Shown here: positions 53,411 to 62,900 of the stretch, in pieces
How the letters are laid out: each line of letters opens with the position of its first letter
Numbering within the stretch: position 1 is the first letter of the stretch
From: Rhodospirillaceae bacterium
GTDB taxonomy: Bacteria > Pseudomonadota > Alphaproteobacteria > Reyranellales > JAQSWP01
Assembly (NCBI GenBank): GCA_040255215.1
Contig: JBDZUM010000003.1
Location: forward strand, 8,673-72,672
Length of the DNA: 64,000 bases
Direction of reading: 5' to 3'
Program-made: the position numbers and the translations under genes
Notes under the pieces: generated by a model
The model's database searches: none
Told to the model about the DNA's origin: nothing
What the model saw: the letters and a program-made list of their open reading frames with translations, nothing else

Positions 53411-54140
53411 ACTGTCGGGCATCGGCCTGATCGCCGCCTTCGCGGCGGGCGCGGTCTCCTTCGTCTCTCCCTGCGTCCTCCCGCTGGTGCCGGGATATGT
53501 CTCTTACGTTGCGGGACATACGGTCGTCGCCAGCGACGTCGATCCTGTCGGCCGTCGGCGCCAAGCCATCGGTATGAGCCTGTATTTCGTCCTTGGCTTT
53601 TCGACGGTCTTCATGATTCTGGGAGCAAGCGCGACGGCGCTCGGCCAGATACTTCTGAGCTACCGGTACGAACTGAACCTCGTCGGTGGCGGTATTGTAA
53701 TCGTGTTCGGCCTGTTCTTGATCGGCATGGCGCGGATCACCGTGATGCAGCGAGAGGTCCGCTTCCACCTGTCCATCACGGGGGGCCAGCCGCTCTCGGC
53801 CTATGTCCTCGGGCTCGCCTTTGGCTTCGGCTGGACGCCCTGCATAGGGCCGATCCTCGGCGCCATCCTCACGGCGAGCGCGGCCACAGCAACGGTTGGA
53901 GAGGGCGTCGGACTCCTCGCCATCTACTCAGCCGGGCTTGGTGTGCCCTTCCTGCTCGCTGCCGCCTTCACCGACCGCTTGACCCGGCGCCTGCGAGCGA
54001 TCGGGCGCATCGGGCGTCGACTGCATCAGATCGCCGGGCTGCTCATGGTGGCAATGGGCATCGCTATGATCACCGGGCAGCTTTCGGCGCTGTCCTACTG
54101 GCTGCTGGATACCTTTCCAATACTGGGGACGGTCGGGTGA
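53403..54140 (+). CDS. ccdA: Cytochrome c biogenesis / thiol-disulfide transporter CcdA (DsbD family)
   Basis: FVSPCVLPLVPGY and GWTPCIGPILG motifs. Confidence 0.85.
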   Translation: MLELSGIGLIAAFAAGAVSFVSPCVLPLVPGYVSYVAGHTVVASDVDPVGRRRQAIGMSLYFVLGFSTVFMILGASATALGQILLSYRYELNLVGGGIVIVFGLFLIGMARITVMQREVRFHLSITGGQPLSAYVLGLAFGFGWTPCIGPILGAILTASAATATVGEGVGLLAIYSAGLGVPFLLAAAFTDRLTRRLRAIGRIGRRLHQIAGLLMVAMGIAMITGQLSALSYWLLDTFPILGTVG

Positions 54141-54330
54141 TGCGATGGCCTGCCCCGGAACCCACAACCGCTCGCGTTCCAGGTCATAGCAGGCGGCCCG
54201 AAGGCTTGCGGGAACCCCCGAAGCTTTGACGCGTTAGTGTCCCTACACCCCGCGAGCGGATGGAGAGGATACACTCTGAACTCATGCTGGCTCTCGGACG
54301 GAGTAAAGACGGCGCCAGCAGGAGAAATGC

Positions 54331-54876
54331 ATGTCAAAAGGATTTGGAGCGGGTCTGGGGCTCGGCATCGTCGGGACGATCATCGTCGCTATCGCCGTCT
54401 GGATCACCGTCACTTATACGGGGATCTACAATGTCGCTGCCTCGGATCAACATGCAGATGCGGTCCGGTGGACGTTCGACACCACAATGCACCGTTCGGT
54501 CGCCAACCGGGCAGGCGGCGCGGACCTGCCGGACAGCTTTTCCCGAGACCTGATTGTCCAGGGCGCGCAGCATTATGCGGAAACTTGTGCGCACTGCCAC
54601 GGCACTCCGGGCGGTAAGCCGGCGGAATGGTCGCGGGGGATGCGGCCTGAGCCACCGCATCTGACCGAAGCCGCGACCGAGTGGAACCCGCAGCAGATCC
54701 ACTGGATCATCACCAACGGTATCAAGATGACGGGGATGCCGGCGTTCGGGCCGCATCATTCCCGGGAGGAAATCGTAGCGCTGACGGCGTTCGTAACGAC
54801 GCTTCCCGCGTTGACGGCGGATGAATATGCCACGCTAACGGGTGGCGCCAATGGCCCTGCAACTGAGCGACCGTAA
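54331..54876 (+). CDS. c-type cytochrome
   Basis: CAHCHG haem motif and GMPAFG. Confidence 0.8.
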   Translation: MSKGFGAGLGLGIVGTIIVAIAVWITVTYTGIYNVAASDQHADAVRWTFDTTMHRSVANRAGGADLPDSFSRDLIVQGAQHYAETCAHCHGTPGGKPAEWSRGMRPEPPHLTEAATEWNPQQIHWIITNGIKMTGMPAFGPHHSREEIVALTAFVTTLPALTADEYATLTGGANGPATERP

Positions 54877-54895
54877 CGAAGAGGAACGCCAGCGC

Positions 54896-55759
54896 ATGTC
54901 CTATGTACGCTTCGGGCTGATGATCCTCACCTCCACGGTGGTGATGTTCATCCTCATGTACCTGAACACCTACGCGTGGGAACACGTCTTCTTCTCGGAA
55001 ACGCGGACCTACATGGCGATCATGATGGGCGCGACGATGGCGGTCATCATGCTTGCCTACATGCTGGGCATGTATTCGAATAAGGGAGTCAACATTGCTA
55101 TCTTCGCGGGAGCGATTGTCGCCTTCACCCTGTCGCTATGGTTGGTCCGGAGCCAGGTCGCGGTCAGCGGGCCGAGTTACATGCGGGCGATGATCCCACA
55201 CCACTCGATTGCCGTCATGACTTCCGAGCGGGCGCAAATCCGTGACCCGCGTGTGCGCAAGCTGGCCGACGAGATCATTGAGGCGCAGCGGCGCGAGATT
55301 GCCGAGATGGGCTACCTGATCGCGGACGTCTCGTCCGGAAACGTCGTCGAGAGCATTTACAAGGATCCGCCTGCCGAGCCGGGGACCGTTGAGGATGCTC
55401 TCTCAAACACACTTGTCAGCCAGCTCGACCTTGCGCCAATGCCTGAGGCCGAGGCCGATCGAGTGCTTGAAGCGTCTGCTCCCTGCACATTCACCCGAAG
55501 TCCGGAGGCCGACCCGATACTTTGGTCCGCTCGCGAAAGTGGCGCGGCGGCGATAAAGTTGAATGGCGTCCTGGTGTCTCTCGCCGCAGCTGGTGCCCTA
55601 CAGGATGGCGGCGCGACTTTTTCGGCGCCCGGCACAACGATAACCGTCCGGCCGCTCGGTGACGATACCAACTGGCGCCAGAATGCCGAGCTCGTGTTCG
55701 AACTCGACTCGGGCCTGAACGTGGGTTACCGCGGATTCTATAGCTGTGCGGCGGACTGA
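54896..55759 (+). CDS. DUF305-domain membrane protein with extra C-terminal domain
   Basis: MRAMIPHHSIAVMTSE ... EIIEAQRREIAEM. Confidence 0.75.
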   Translation: MSYVRFGLMILTSTVVMFILMYLNTYAWEHVFFSETRTYMAIMMGATMAVIMLAYMLGMYSNKGVNIAIFAGAIVAFTLSLWLVRSQVAVSGPSYMRAMIPHHSIAVMTSERAQIRDPRVRKLADEIIEAQRREIAEMGYLIADVSSGNVVESIYKDPPAEPGTVEDALSNTLVSQLDLAPMPEAEADRVLEASAPCTFTRSPEADPILWSARESGAAAIKLNGVLVSLAAAGALQDGGATFSAPGTTITVRPLGDDTNWRQNAELVFELDSGLNVGYRGFYSCAAD

Positions 55760-55796
55760 GGCCCAGGGAAGCGGTATTCCTGGGAAGGAAAGCCAC

Positions 55797-56558
55797 ATGG
55801 CTTTGGACGAGAGCGACAGGACCGCGAGCCTCTACCGGATGGTAATGCCCGATCATTTGTGCCCCTACGGGCTCAAGGCGAAGGATCTGCTTGAGCGTCG
55901 GGGCTTCACCGTCGAGGATTACCACCTCAAAACCCCCGAAGAAACCGAGGCCTTCAAGAAGGAGCATGGTGTCGACACGACTCCGCAGGCGTTCATCGGC
56001 GGAGAGCGGATCGGCGGCTATGACGATCTCCGCGAGCATTTCGGGCAGGAGCTCCGGGACCAGGGCAAAACTAGCTACCAGCCGGTCATTGCCATCTTTT
56101 CGGTGGCGCTCCTGATGGCGTTCGCCGTGAGCTGGTACACCTTCGGCACCGTCCTCACGATCCGCGGCTTGGAGTGGTTCATCGCGATCAGCATGTGCAT
56201 TCTTGCCATCCAGAAGCTCCAGGACATCGAGGGCTTCTCAACGATGTTCCTGAACTACGACCTGCTGGCGCGACGATGGATCCGATACGGATACGTCTAT
56301 CCGTTTGGTGAGGCGCTGGCCGGCATCCTCATGATCGCCGGCACACTGATCTGGATCGCAGCGCCGGTCGCGCTTTTCATCGGAACGGTGGGCGCTGTGT
56401 CGGTCTTCAAGGCGGTCTACATCGACAGGCGTGAGTTGAAATGCGCCTGCGTAGGCGGCTCGAGCAATGTCCCCTTGGGGTTCATCTCGCTCACCGAGAA
56501 CGTGATGATGATGGCGATGGCGATCTGGATGCCGCTTCGGATGGCCTGGCTCGGCTGA
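55797..56558 (+). CDS. Glutaredoxin-like domain fused to MauE/DoxX-type membrane domain
   Basis: Monothiol CPYG in place of CPYC, TTPQAFIGGERIGGYDDL, then four TM segments with KCACVGG. Confidence 0.7.
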   Translation: MALDESDRTASLYRMVMPDHLCPYGLKAKDLLERRGFTVEDYHLKTPEETEAFKKEHGVDTTPQAFIGGERIGGYDDLREHFGQELRDQGKTSYQPVIAIFSVALLMAFAVSWYTFGTVLTIRGLEWFIAISMCILAIQKLQDIEGFSTMFLNYDLLARRWIRYGYVYPFGEALAGILMIAGTLIWIAAPVALFIGTVGAVSVFKAVYIDRRELKCACVGGSSNVPLGFISLTENVMMMAMAIWMPLRMAWLG

Positions 56559-56716
56559 ACGGCTCCAAGCGACCGATGTTCTCCCGGTAGCTCCGCTCGC
56601 GTTCTGGCCAGCTACCCGTAAGCGAGCGCGGCGGCACCACGGCGGTGCTATGCCGCACCCCCCTTTCCTGGAATGAAGTCGTTGCCGTTGATGACGCCGT
56701 ATGCTATCCACTCTCC

Positions 56717-57130
56717 GTGTTGAACTGGTCCTTCAGATTGTGCATCAATGTCCGGCGCCTCTTGGGCGCCCTTGTTGCTGTCGCATTTTTGATGGCGAGC
56801 GCCGGCGTCGGCCATGCCATCCCGGCATCCGGTCCGCACGATCACCCGGCCGAAAGCGGTTCTCTTCATGGGGGAGCCTGTCATGCTGGCATCTCGCAAG
56901 CAGCGGATTGTGCCGACAACGCTGCACAGCAGGACCAAGGGCAGCCCGCGAAGCACGGGGCCCTTGGAAATTGCTGCGTCGTCGCTTGCTCTCCGACTAT
57001 TGTAGTTGCCGCCATTACGGAAGTCGCCGTCATCAACTTTTCTTTGGTACGGCTTGGTGTTTATGTAGACCAGTTCGCCGGCTTGGATGCCCCGGACGGC
57101 CTTTTCCGTCCTCCCCGCGCCCGCGTCTGA
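56717..57130 (+). CDS. Small secreted Cys-rich protein preceding the copAB module
   Basis: Signal-like LLGALVAVAFLMASAGVGHA. ADCADN...GNCCVVACSP. C-terminal LFRPPRARV. Start uncertain (GTG 56717 or TTG 56738). Confidence 0.4.
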   Translation: MLNWSFRLCINVRRLLGALVAVAFLMASAGVGHAIPASGPHDHPAESGSLHGGACHAGISQAADCADNAAQQDQGQPAKHGALGNCCVVACSPTIVVAAITEVAVINFSLVRLGVYVDQFAGLDAPDGLFRPPRARV

Positions 57131-57362
57131 TCTCCGCGCGGCTGCCCTGGTCGGGCGGGATTCGGACATCGAGAGCTTCACGTTCCTGCTGACATAAGAA
57201 CTGCGCTCGTTCGGGCGCTGCAGGTTCGGAAGTGCGCTATCGCACGTCCCGGTTCCCTTCCAATCCGCTTGTCGCGCCCGCCGGAGATCCGATCCCGGCC
57301 ACTGGAGGTCTGTGTCCTCAAGCAGCCTCGGTTCTATCAATGTGACAAACAGGATTCGCAAA

Positions 57363-57917
57363 ATGTCGAAAACACTCCCGAACCTTCTCCGCATTTCTCT
57401 CCTCGCCGGCTTCACGACGATCGCCGCCGCGAGCGCCGCTTTCGCATCTCCCGGTCATGGCCTGCCGTTCGGCGAGGCCGCCAAGGCCGAGCAGGCGACG
57501 CGCACCGTGACGATCACCATGCGCGACAATCTGTACGAACCAGAAAGTCTGACCGTGAAGCCGGGCGAGATCGTCCGCTTCGTCCTCGTGAACAAGGGCG
57601 AACTGCTTCACGAGTTCAACATCGGAACCGCCGCCATGCACGCCAAGCACCAGGAAGAAATGGCGATGATGATGCAACACGGCATGCTGACGCCGACGGG
57701 CATGAATCACGACATGTCGAAGATGGACCATTCAAAGATGGGCGGCATGAACATGGGCGATATGAAGCATGACGATCCCAACAGCGTCCTGGTCGAGCCC
57801 GGCAAGACGGCTGAGCTGGTCTGGAAGTTCACGAAGCCGACCGAACTCGAATTCGCCTGCAACATCCCGGGACACTACGAGTCCGGGATGGCTGGCCCGA
57901 TCAACTTTACGAAGTGA
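57363..57917 (+). CDS. Cupredoxin-domain copper-binding protein with Met/His-rich loop
   Basis: Type-1 copper site LHEF...ACNIPGHYESGM. Loop HQEEMAMMMQHGM..MNHDMSKMDHSKMGGMNMGDMKH. Confidence 0.8.
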   Translation: MSKTLPNLLRISLLAGFTTIAAASAAFASPGHGLPFGEAAKAEQATRTVTITMRDNLYEPESLTVKPGEIVRFVLVNKGELLHEFNIGTAAMHAKHQEEMAMMMQHGMLTPTGMNHDMSKMDHSKMGGMNMGDMKHDDPNSVLVEPGKTAELVWKFTKPTELEFACNIPGHYESGMAGPINFTK

Positions 57918-57934
57918 ACGGGGAGGGGCAGACG

Positions 57935-59680
57935 ATGAACAAGCCAATCACTGTTTTCTCGCGACGGGACGCGCTCAAGCTCGCCGGAGCGGCAGGCTTC
58001 GCCGGCACCGTCGCTGTCTATCCCAGCCGCCGCAGCTTCGCCTCTTCGACGAAGGAGTACACGCTGAACGTCGACGCTGATCGCATCGCCGTCGATGGCG
58101 TTAGCAGCAACGCCATCCTGATGGGCGGTTCCGTGCCGGCGCCGACGATGCGCTGGCGCGAGGGTGACGAGGTCGTGGTCTATGCGACCAATCGTCTGGA
58201 TGCGCCCACGTCCATCCACTGGCACGGACTCCTCATCGAAGGCGTCATGGATGGCGCACCCGGCTTCAACGGCTATGTCGCCATCCAGCCCGGCGAGACC
58301 TACACCTACCGGTTCAAGCTGCGCCAGGCCGGTACCTATTGGTACCACAGCCACTCCGCGATGCAGGAGCAGCAGGGCATGTACGGCGCCATCGTCATCG
58401 AACCCTCCGGGCGCGAACCGGTTCGCGCGGATCGCGACTATGTTGTGGTCCTCTCGGACCATACCCAGGAAGACCCGATGCGCGTTCTGTCCAACCTGAA
58501 GGCCGATGCCGGCTACTACAATTACGGGAAAAGGACCCTCATCGACTTCTTCCGGGACGCAAACCGCGACGGGTTCAATACCGCTCTGAAGGACCGCATG
58601 GAATGGGGCGACATGCGGATGGACCCGACCGACCTCGCGGACGTGACCGGATACACCTTCCTGATCAACGGCCGTGGACCGAAAGACAACTGGACCGCTC
58701 TGTTCAACCCCGGTGAGCGTATCCGGCTCAGGTTTATCAACGCATCGGCCATGAGCTTCTTCGACGTCCGCATACCGGGACTTCCCATGACCGTGTTCTC
58801 CGCCGATGGGCAGAATGTCCAGCCGGTTCGTGTCGACGAGTTCCGCTTCGGTGTCGGCGAGACATACGACGTCATCGTGCTTCCACGCGATGACAAGGCG
58901 TTCACGATCTTTGCGGAGCCGATCGATCGTTCGGGCCATGCCCGGGCTACCCTGGCGCCGCGTGAGGGTATGGAGGCCGCTATCCCCGAACCGCGACCGC
59001 GCACGATCCTCAGCATGGCGGACATGGGCATGGCACACGGTGGCATGGACCACGGTTCGATGACAGGGATGAACCATGGCCCGATGGCGGGCGGTGCCAT
59101 GTCCAGTGGCGCCATGGGTGGCATGGACCATAGCAAGATGGGCGGAGCGCCCATGGCTGGCATGGACCACGGCGCTATGGGTCATGGCGGAGCGGCGGCC
59201 GAGGGCGGAGAACGCCGCCCCTTCGGCTGGGCCGATGCGAGCACCCCACCGGGAATGAAGGCGCTGGACTACGCTGACCTGAAGGCATCGACACCGAATT
59301 CGGACGACCGCGAGCCGACCCAGGAGATCGAAGTGCGGCTGACAGGCATCATGGAACGATACATGTGGAATCTGAACGGCCGTCCCTTCGGGAAGGACGA
59401 GCCGATCCGCGTGGCCTATGGAGACCGTGTACGCCTGAAGTTCGTCAACACGACCATGATGGCGCACCCGATGCACCTGCATGGCATGTTTGTCGAACTG
59501 GAGAACGGCCAGACCGACAGGAAGCCGCGCAAGCACGTCGTCGTGGTGCCTCCCGGCAAGACCGTCTCTGCGGTGTTGACGGCGAACGAGCCGGGCGATT
59601 GGCCGTTCCATTGCCACCTGATCTATCACATGGAAGCTGGGATGATGACGCGTTTCATCGTCGAGCCGAAAAGCGCGTGA
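57935..59680 (+). CDS. copA: Copper-resistance multicopper oxidase CopA
   Basis: Tat signal SRRDALKLAGAAG. HWHGL, YHSH, HPMHLHG and HCHLIYHMEAGMM. Met/His-rich repeat MDHGxM. Confidence 0.9.
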   Translation: MNKPITVFSRRDALKLAGAAGFAGTVAVYPSRRSFASSTKEYTLNVDADRIAVDGVSSNAILMGGSVPAPTMRWREGDEVVVYATNRLDAPTSIHWHGLLIEGVMDGAPGFNGYVAIQPGETYTYRFKLRQAGTYWYHSHSAMQEQQGMYGAIVIEPSGREPVRADRDYVVVLSDHTQEDPMRVLSNLKADAGYYNYGKRTLIDFFRDANRDGFNTALKDRMEWGDMRMDPTDLADVTGYTFLINGRGPKDNWTALFNPGERIRLRFINASAMSFFDVRIPGLPMTVFSADGQNVQPVRVDEFRFGVGETYDVIVLPRDDKAFTIFAEPIDRSGHARATLAPREGMEAAIPEPRPRTILSMADMGMAHGGMDHGSMTGMNHGPMAGGAMSSGAMGGMDHSKMGGAPMAGMDHGAMGHGGAAAEGGERRPFGWADASTPPGMKALDYADLKASTPNSDDREPTQEIEVRLTGIMERYMWNLNGRPFGKDEPIRVAYGDRVRLKFVNTTMMAHPMHLHGMFVELENGQTDRKPRKHVVVVPPGKTVSAVLTANEPGDWPFHCHLIYHMEAGMMTRFIVEPKSA

Positions 59681-59689
59681 GGCAGAACG

Positions 59690-60427
59690 ATGAAATCAAT
59701 GTTTGGACGATACAACCCTCGGCAGAAGCTTGCGTTCCTTGCCGGTTTCATGCCCGCCCTGTTCCTGTTCGGCCCGGCCCAGTCCGCCGAGCCCGGTCAG
59801 CTGTTCACCTTCTTTCAGGCCGAGCAGTTCGAATACCGAGCGAATGATGGGCAGGATAGTCTCAACTGGGATGCCCAGGGCTGGATCGGTAACGACGACC
59901 ACAAGGCCTGGCTGAAAACCGAAGGCGAGAAGCCGACGGACGGGCAGTTGGAAAAGGGAGAAATCCAGCTGCTCTATAGCCGCCGGATTTCCGATTTCTT
60001 CGATGCTCAGGCGGGTGTGCGCTATGACATCGAGCCCGGCCCCGAACGGGGATTCGGCGTCTTCGCCCTGCAGGGACTGGCACCCTATTGGTTCGAAGTC
60101 GATGCCTCCGCCTTCGTCAGCAACAAAGGCGAGCTTTCGGCTCGCTTCGAGGCCGAGTACGACCTCCTGATCACACAGAAGCTGATCCTTCAACCGACGG
60201 CCGAGGTCAACCTTGCAGCCCAAAGCGTACGGGAGCGGGGCATCGGCTCCGGCATCAACGATGTCGAGCTCGGGCTTCGCCTCCGCTACGAAATCGAGCG
60301 GAGCTTCGCTCCGTATATCGGCATCAGTTGGGAGCGCAAAATCGGCGAGACGGCCGATTTCGCGCGGGACGAGGGAGAAGATATCGACAATCTATCCTTC
60401 GTCACCGGAATCCGTTTCTCGTTCTAA
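59690..60427 (+). CDS. copB: Copper-resistance outer-membrane protein CopB
   Basis: Immediately after copA. FFQAEQFEYR ... beta-barrel-like C-terminus ending in F. Confidence 0.85.
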   Translation: MKSMFGRYNPRQKLAFLAGFMPALFLFGPAQSAEPGQLFTFFQAEQFEYRANDGQDSLNWDAQGWIGNDDHKAWLKTEGEKPTDGQLEKGEIQLLYSRRISDFFDAQAGVRYDIEPGPERGFGVFALQGLAPYWFEVDASAFVSNKGELSARFEAEYDLLITQKLILQPTAEVNLAAQSVRERGIGSGINDVELGLRLRYEIERSFAPYIGISWERKIGETADFARDEGEDIDNLSFVTGIRFSF

Positions 60428-60440
60428 GCAGGAGATTTCT

Positions 60441-60884
60441 ATGTTTCCGAGTAGTTTATTCGCTTTCGCCACCATACTGCTGCTCAGTAGTCCGGCAGTG
60501 GCTGGCGAAGTGCGCATGGAGATGCGCAATCAGTCTGGAAGCGAGCGGTTCGTCTATGAGCCCGATTTCATCCGAGTGTCGCCGGGTGACACGGTCGTCT
60601 TCGTCCCCATCGACAAGGGCCACAATGCCGTCTCCATCGGCGGGTTTGGCGCCGGCGGCGATCAGCCAATCAATGTCGGCTTCAACAAGGAGGTATCGGT
60701 TACGTTCGACAAGCCTGGCATCTACGGCGTGAAATGCACGCCACATGTCGGGCTTGGCATGGTCGGCATCATCGTCGTAGGCGAGGTCGAGGTATCGGAG
60801 GCAGCGCGCGCGAGCATCGCAAAGCTTCCGCCGAAGGCACGCCAGCGGTTCGAATTGCTGCTCGGACAGGTCGGGCGTTCCTGA
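60441..60884 (+). CDS. Pseudoazurin-type blue copper protein
   Basis: KGHNAV ... YGVKCTPHVGLGM (Cys-x2-His-x4-Met), with a signal peptide. Confidence 0.8.
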   Translation: MFPSSLFAFATILLLSSPAVAGEVRMEMRNQSGSERFVYEPDFIRVSPGDTVVFVPIDKGHNAVSIGGFGAGGDQPINVGFNKEVSVTFDKPGIYGVKCTPHVGLGMVGIIVVGEVEVSEAARASIAKLPPKARQRFELLLGQVGRS

Positions 60885-61432
60885 TGTCCGTGGCCCGAAC
60901 AGAGCAGGAGGGGCGCCTAACGAGCGCCTCTCCGTCCACAACGACGAAGGTTGGCCCGACACTTGATGGTGCGCGACCTGGCTGGCGGCGGTTGGGACAG
61001 GTCACCAGAGTGTTGGTCGCTGCCGGCTCTTTCAACCTTCTTGCGGACCTTGAAAGTGTCTACGCCGACGCCCCGCCGCTATCATTGGGATATCAGGTCC
61101 AGGTCGAGAACGCCTATGCCACCAGTGGTCCCGCGGCAAGTTCAACGGAAGTTCGTTTTCGACTGGTAAACGACAGCGGCACAACCGTCGTGCTGTTGGG
61201 AGTCAGTTCCCGGATTGCGAAAAACTCAAGGCTCGTCGCCCGAATCGGAGCCCAGGCGACCACCGAACTCCAATCGGTTAGTGTGCCCGCAGGGGAGGTA
61301 CTCGATCTCACGACGTCGCACCTTTGGTATGAGTTGTCTCCCCTGCGCAATAAGCTCGAAGCGGGAGACGTCTTTGAACTGGAACTCAATCTTGTGAATT
61401 CACGTGTTATGACAGACGTCCACGTCCACTGA
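60884..61432 (+). CDS. PCu(A)C-like (DUF461-like) protein lacking most canonical Cu ligands
   Basis: The fold-level pattern VENAYATSG...VRFRLVNDSGTTVVLLGVSS...PAGEVLDLTTSHLWYEL..LEAGDVFELELNL resembles PCuAC, but the His/Met ligands are mostly absent. Assignment is tentative. Confidence 0.4.
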   Translation: MSVARTEQEGRLTSASPSTTTKVGPTLDGARPGWRRLGQVTRVLVAAGSFNLLADLESVYADAPPLSLGYQVQVENAYATSGPAASSTEVRFRLVNDSGTTVVLLGVSSRIAKNSRLVARIGAQATTELQSVSVPAGEVLDLTTSHLWYELSPLRNKLEAGDVFELELNLVNSRVMTDVHVH

Positions 61433-61522
61433 CTTAGGGGGACCGTAAAATCCACGCCGATGAACGATGTTCGAAGAGATTATCGAATCAAAGAAATCTA
61501 CGCATAGAGTGAAGGATTGCTG

Positions 61523-62830
61523 ATGGCGCAAGAATACCAGAAAGGGAGCATCAGCCTTTCCGGAGCAGTAGCTATGGGCACCGGTGTCATGATCGGTGCC
61601 GGGATCTTCGCGCTTACCGGACAGATCGCGCAGTTGGCCGGACCGCTTTTTCCGCTGTCGTTCGTTGTCGGCGCGATCGTGACCGCATTCAGCGCGTACA
61701 CCTATATCAAGATGTCGAACGCTTATCCGTCGGCGGGCGGCATCGGGATGATCCTGAAGAAAGCATATGGGCCGACGACAATCGCGGCAGGTGCAGCGCT
61801 TCTGATGGCGCTTTCGATGGTCATCAACGAAAGCCTCGTCGCTCGGACGTTCGGCACTTACATCCTGCGAGGGTTCGGCGCCGACCCGGACAGTTTCCTG
61901 GTGCCTTTGCTTGGCGTCGGGCTCATCGTCTTCGCTTATCTTGTCAATGTCTCGGGCAACCGATCCGTCGGGCTTCTGTCCATCGTCATGGCAGCGCTCA
62001 AGATTGGCGGCATCGCGCTGTTCGGCGCGGCGGGACTCTGGGCCAGCGGCATTTCCTTCGAAGCCACGGGCGGAGATACGGGCACCGGCGGCTTTCTGGC
62101 GTCTGTCGCGCTTTCGATCCTGGCCTTCAAAGGCTTTACGACCATCACCAACAGCGGCGCCGAGATCACCGCTCCGCACCGCAACGTCGGTCGGGCAATC
62201 GTACTCTCCATCGCGACCTGCGTCGTCGTCTACCTGCTCGTCGCCTTCGCGGTCGGCTCCAGCCTGCCGCTCGATCGCATCGTGGCGGCGAAGGATTACG
62301 CCTTGGCTGAAGCAGCCCAGCCCGCCCTCGGTCAGACCGGCTTCTACCTGACGGTGGCGCTCGCTCTGGTGGCGACGGCGTCTGGCCTGATCGCCAGCGT
62401 TTTCGCGGTCTCGCGCATGTTGGCGATGCTGACCGACATGAAGATGATTCCACACAGCCATTTCGGGATGCTGGGAACGATCAAGGACCACACGCTCGTC
62501 TACACCGTCGTGATCGCAGGCTTTCTGACGGTCTTCTTCGACCTCAGCCGGATCGCCTCTCTCGGGGCCTTCTTCTATCTCGTGATGGACATCATCATCC
62601 ACTGGGGCGTGTTCCGGCATCTCCGCCAAGAAGTCGGCGCGCGCGGCTGGGTGCTGCTGGCGGCAATCACGCTCGACGCGGTGGTGCTTTCTGCCTTCGC
62701 CGCGATGAAATGGCAGTCCGATCCGCTGATCGTCGTGATCGGCATCGTCGGTATAACGTTGGTGTTCCTGTTTGTGCGGGCTTTCCTGGCGCGCAATCCG
62801 GTCAGAGAAGGCGGTCAGAACCATCATTGA
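61523..62830 (+). CDS. APC-superfamily amino acid/polyamine permease
   Basis: GTGVMIGAGIFALTGQIA and 12 predicted TM segments. GAAGGA Shine-Dalgarno sequence before ATG 61523. Confidence 0.8.
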   Translation: MAQEYQKGSISLSGAVAMGTGVMIGAGIFALTGQIAQLAGPLFPLSFVVGAIVTAFSAYTYIKMSNAYPSAGGIGMILKKAYGPTTIAAGAALLMALSMVINESLVARTFGTYILRGFGADPDSFLVPLLGVGLIVFAYLVNVSGNRSVGLLSIVMAALKIGGIALFGAAGLWASGISFEATGGDTGTGGFLASVALSILAFKGFTTITNSGAEITAPHRNVGRAIVLSIATCVVVYLLVAFAVGSSLPLDRIVAAKDYALAEAAQPALGQTGFYLTVALALVATASGLIASVFAVSRMLAMLTDMKMIPHSHFGMLGTIKDHTLVYTVVIAGFLTVFFDLSRIASLGAFFYLVMDIIIHWGVFRHLRQEVGARGWVLLAAITLDAVVLSAFAAMKWQSDPLIVVIGIVGITLVFLFVRAFLARNPVREGGQNHH

Positions 62831-62900
62831 AAATGGCGGCTTGAGCTTCCTATCCCTGGAAGCCTCAAGCTGAGGCGCGGTAGCGAAAGGTTGGCATGAC

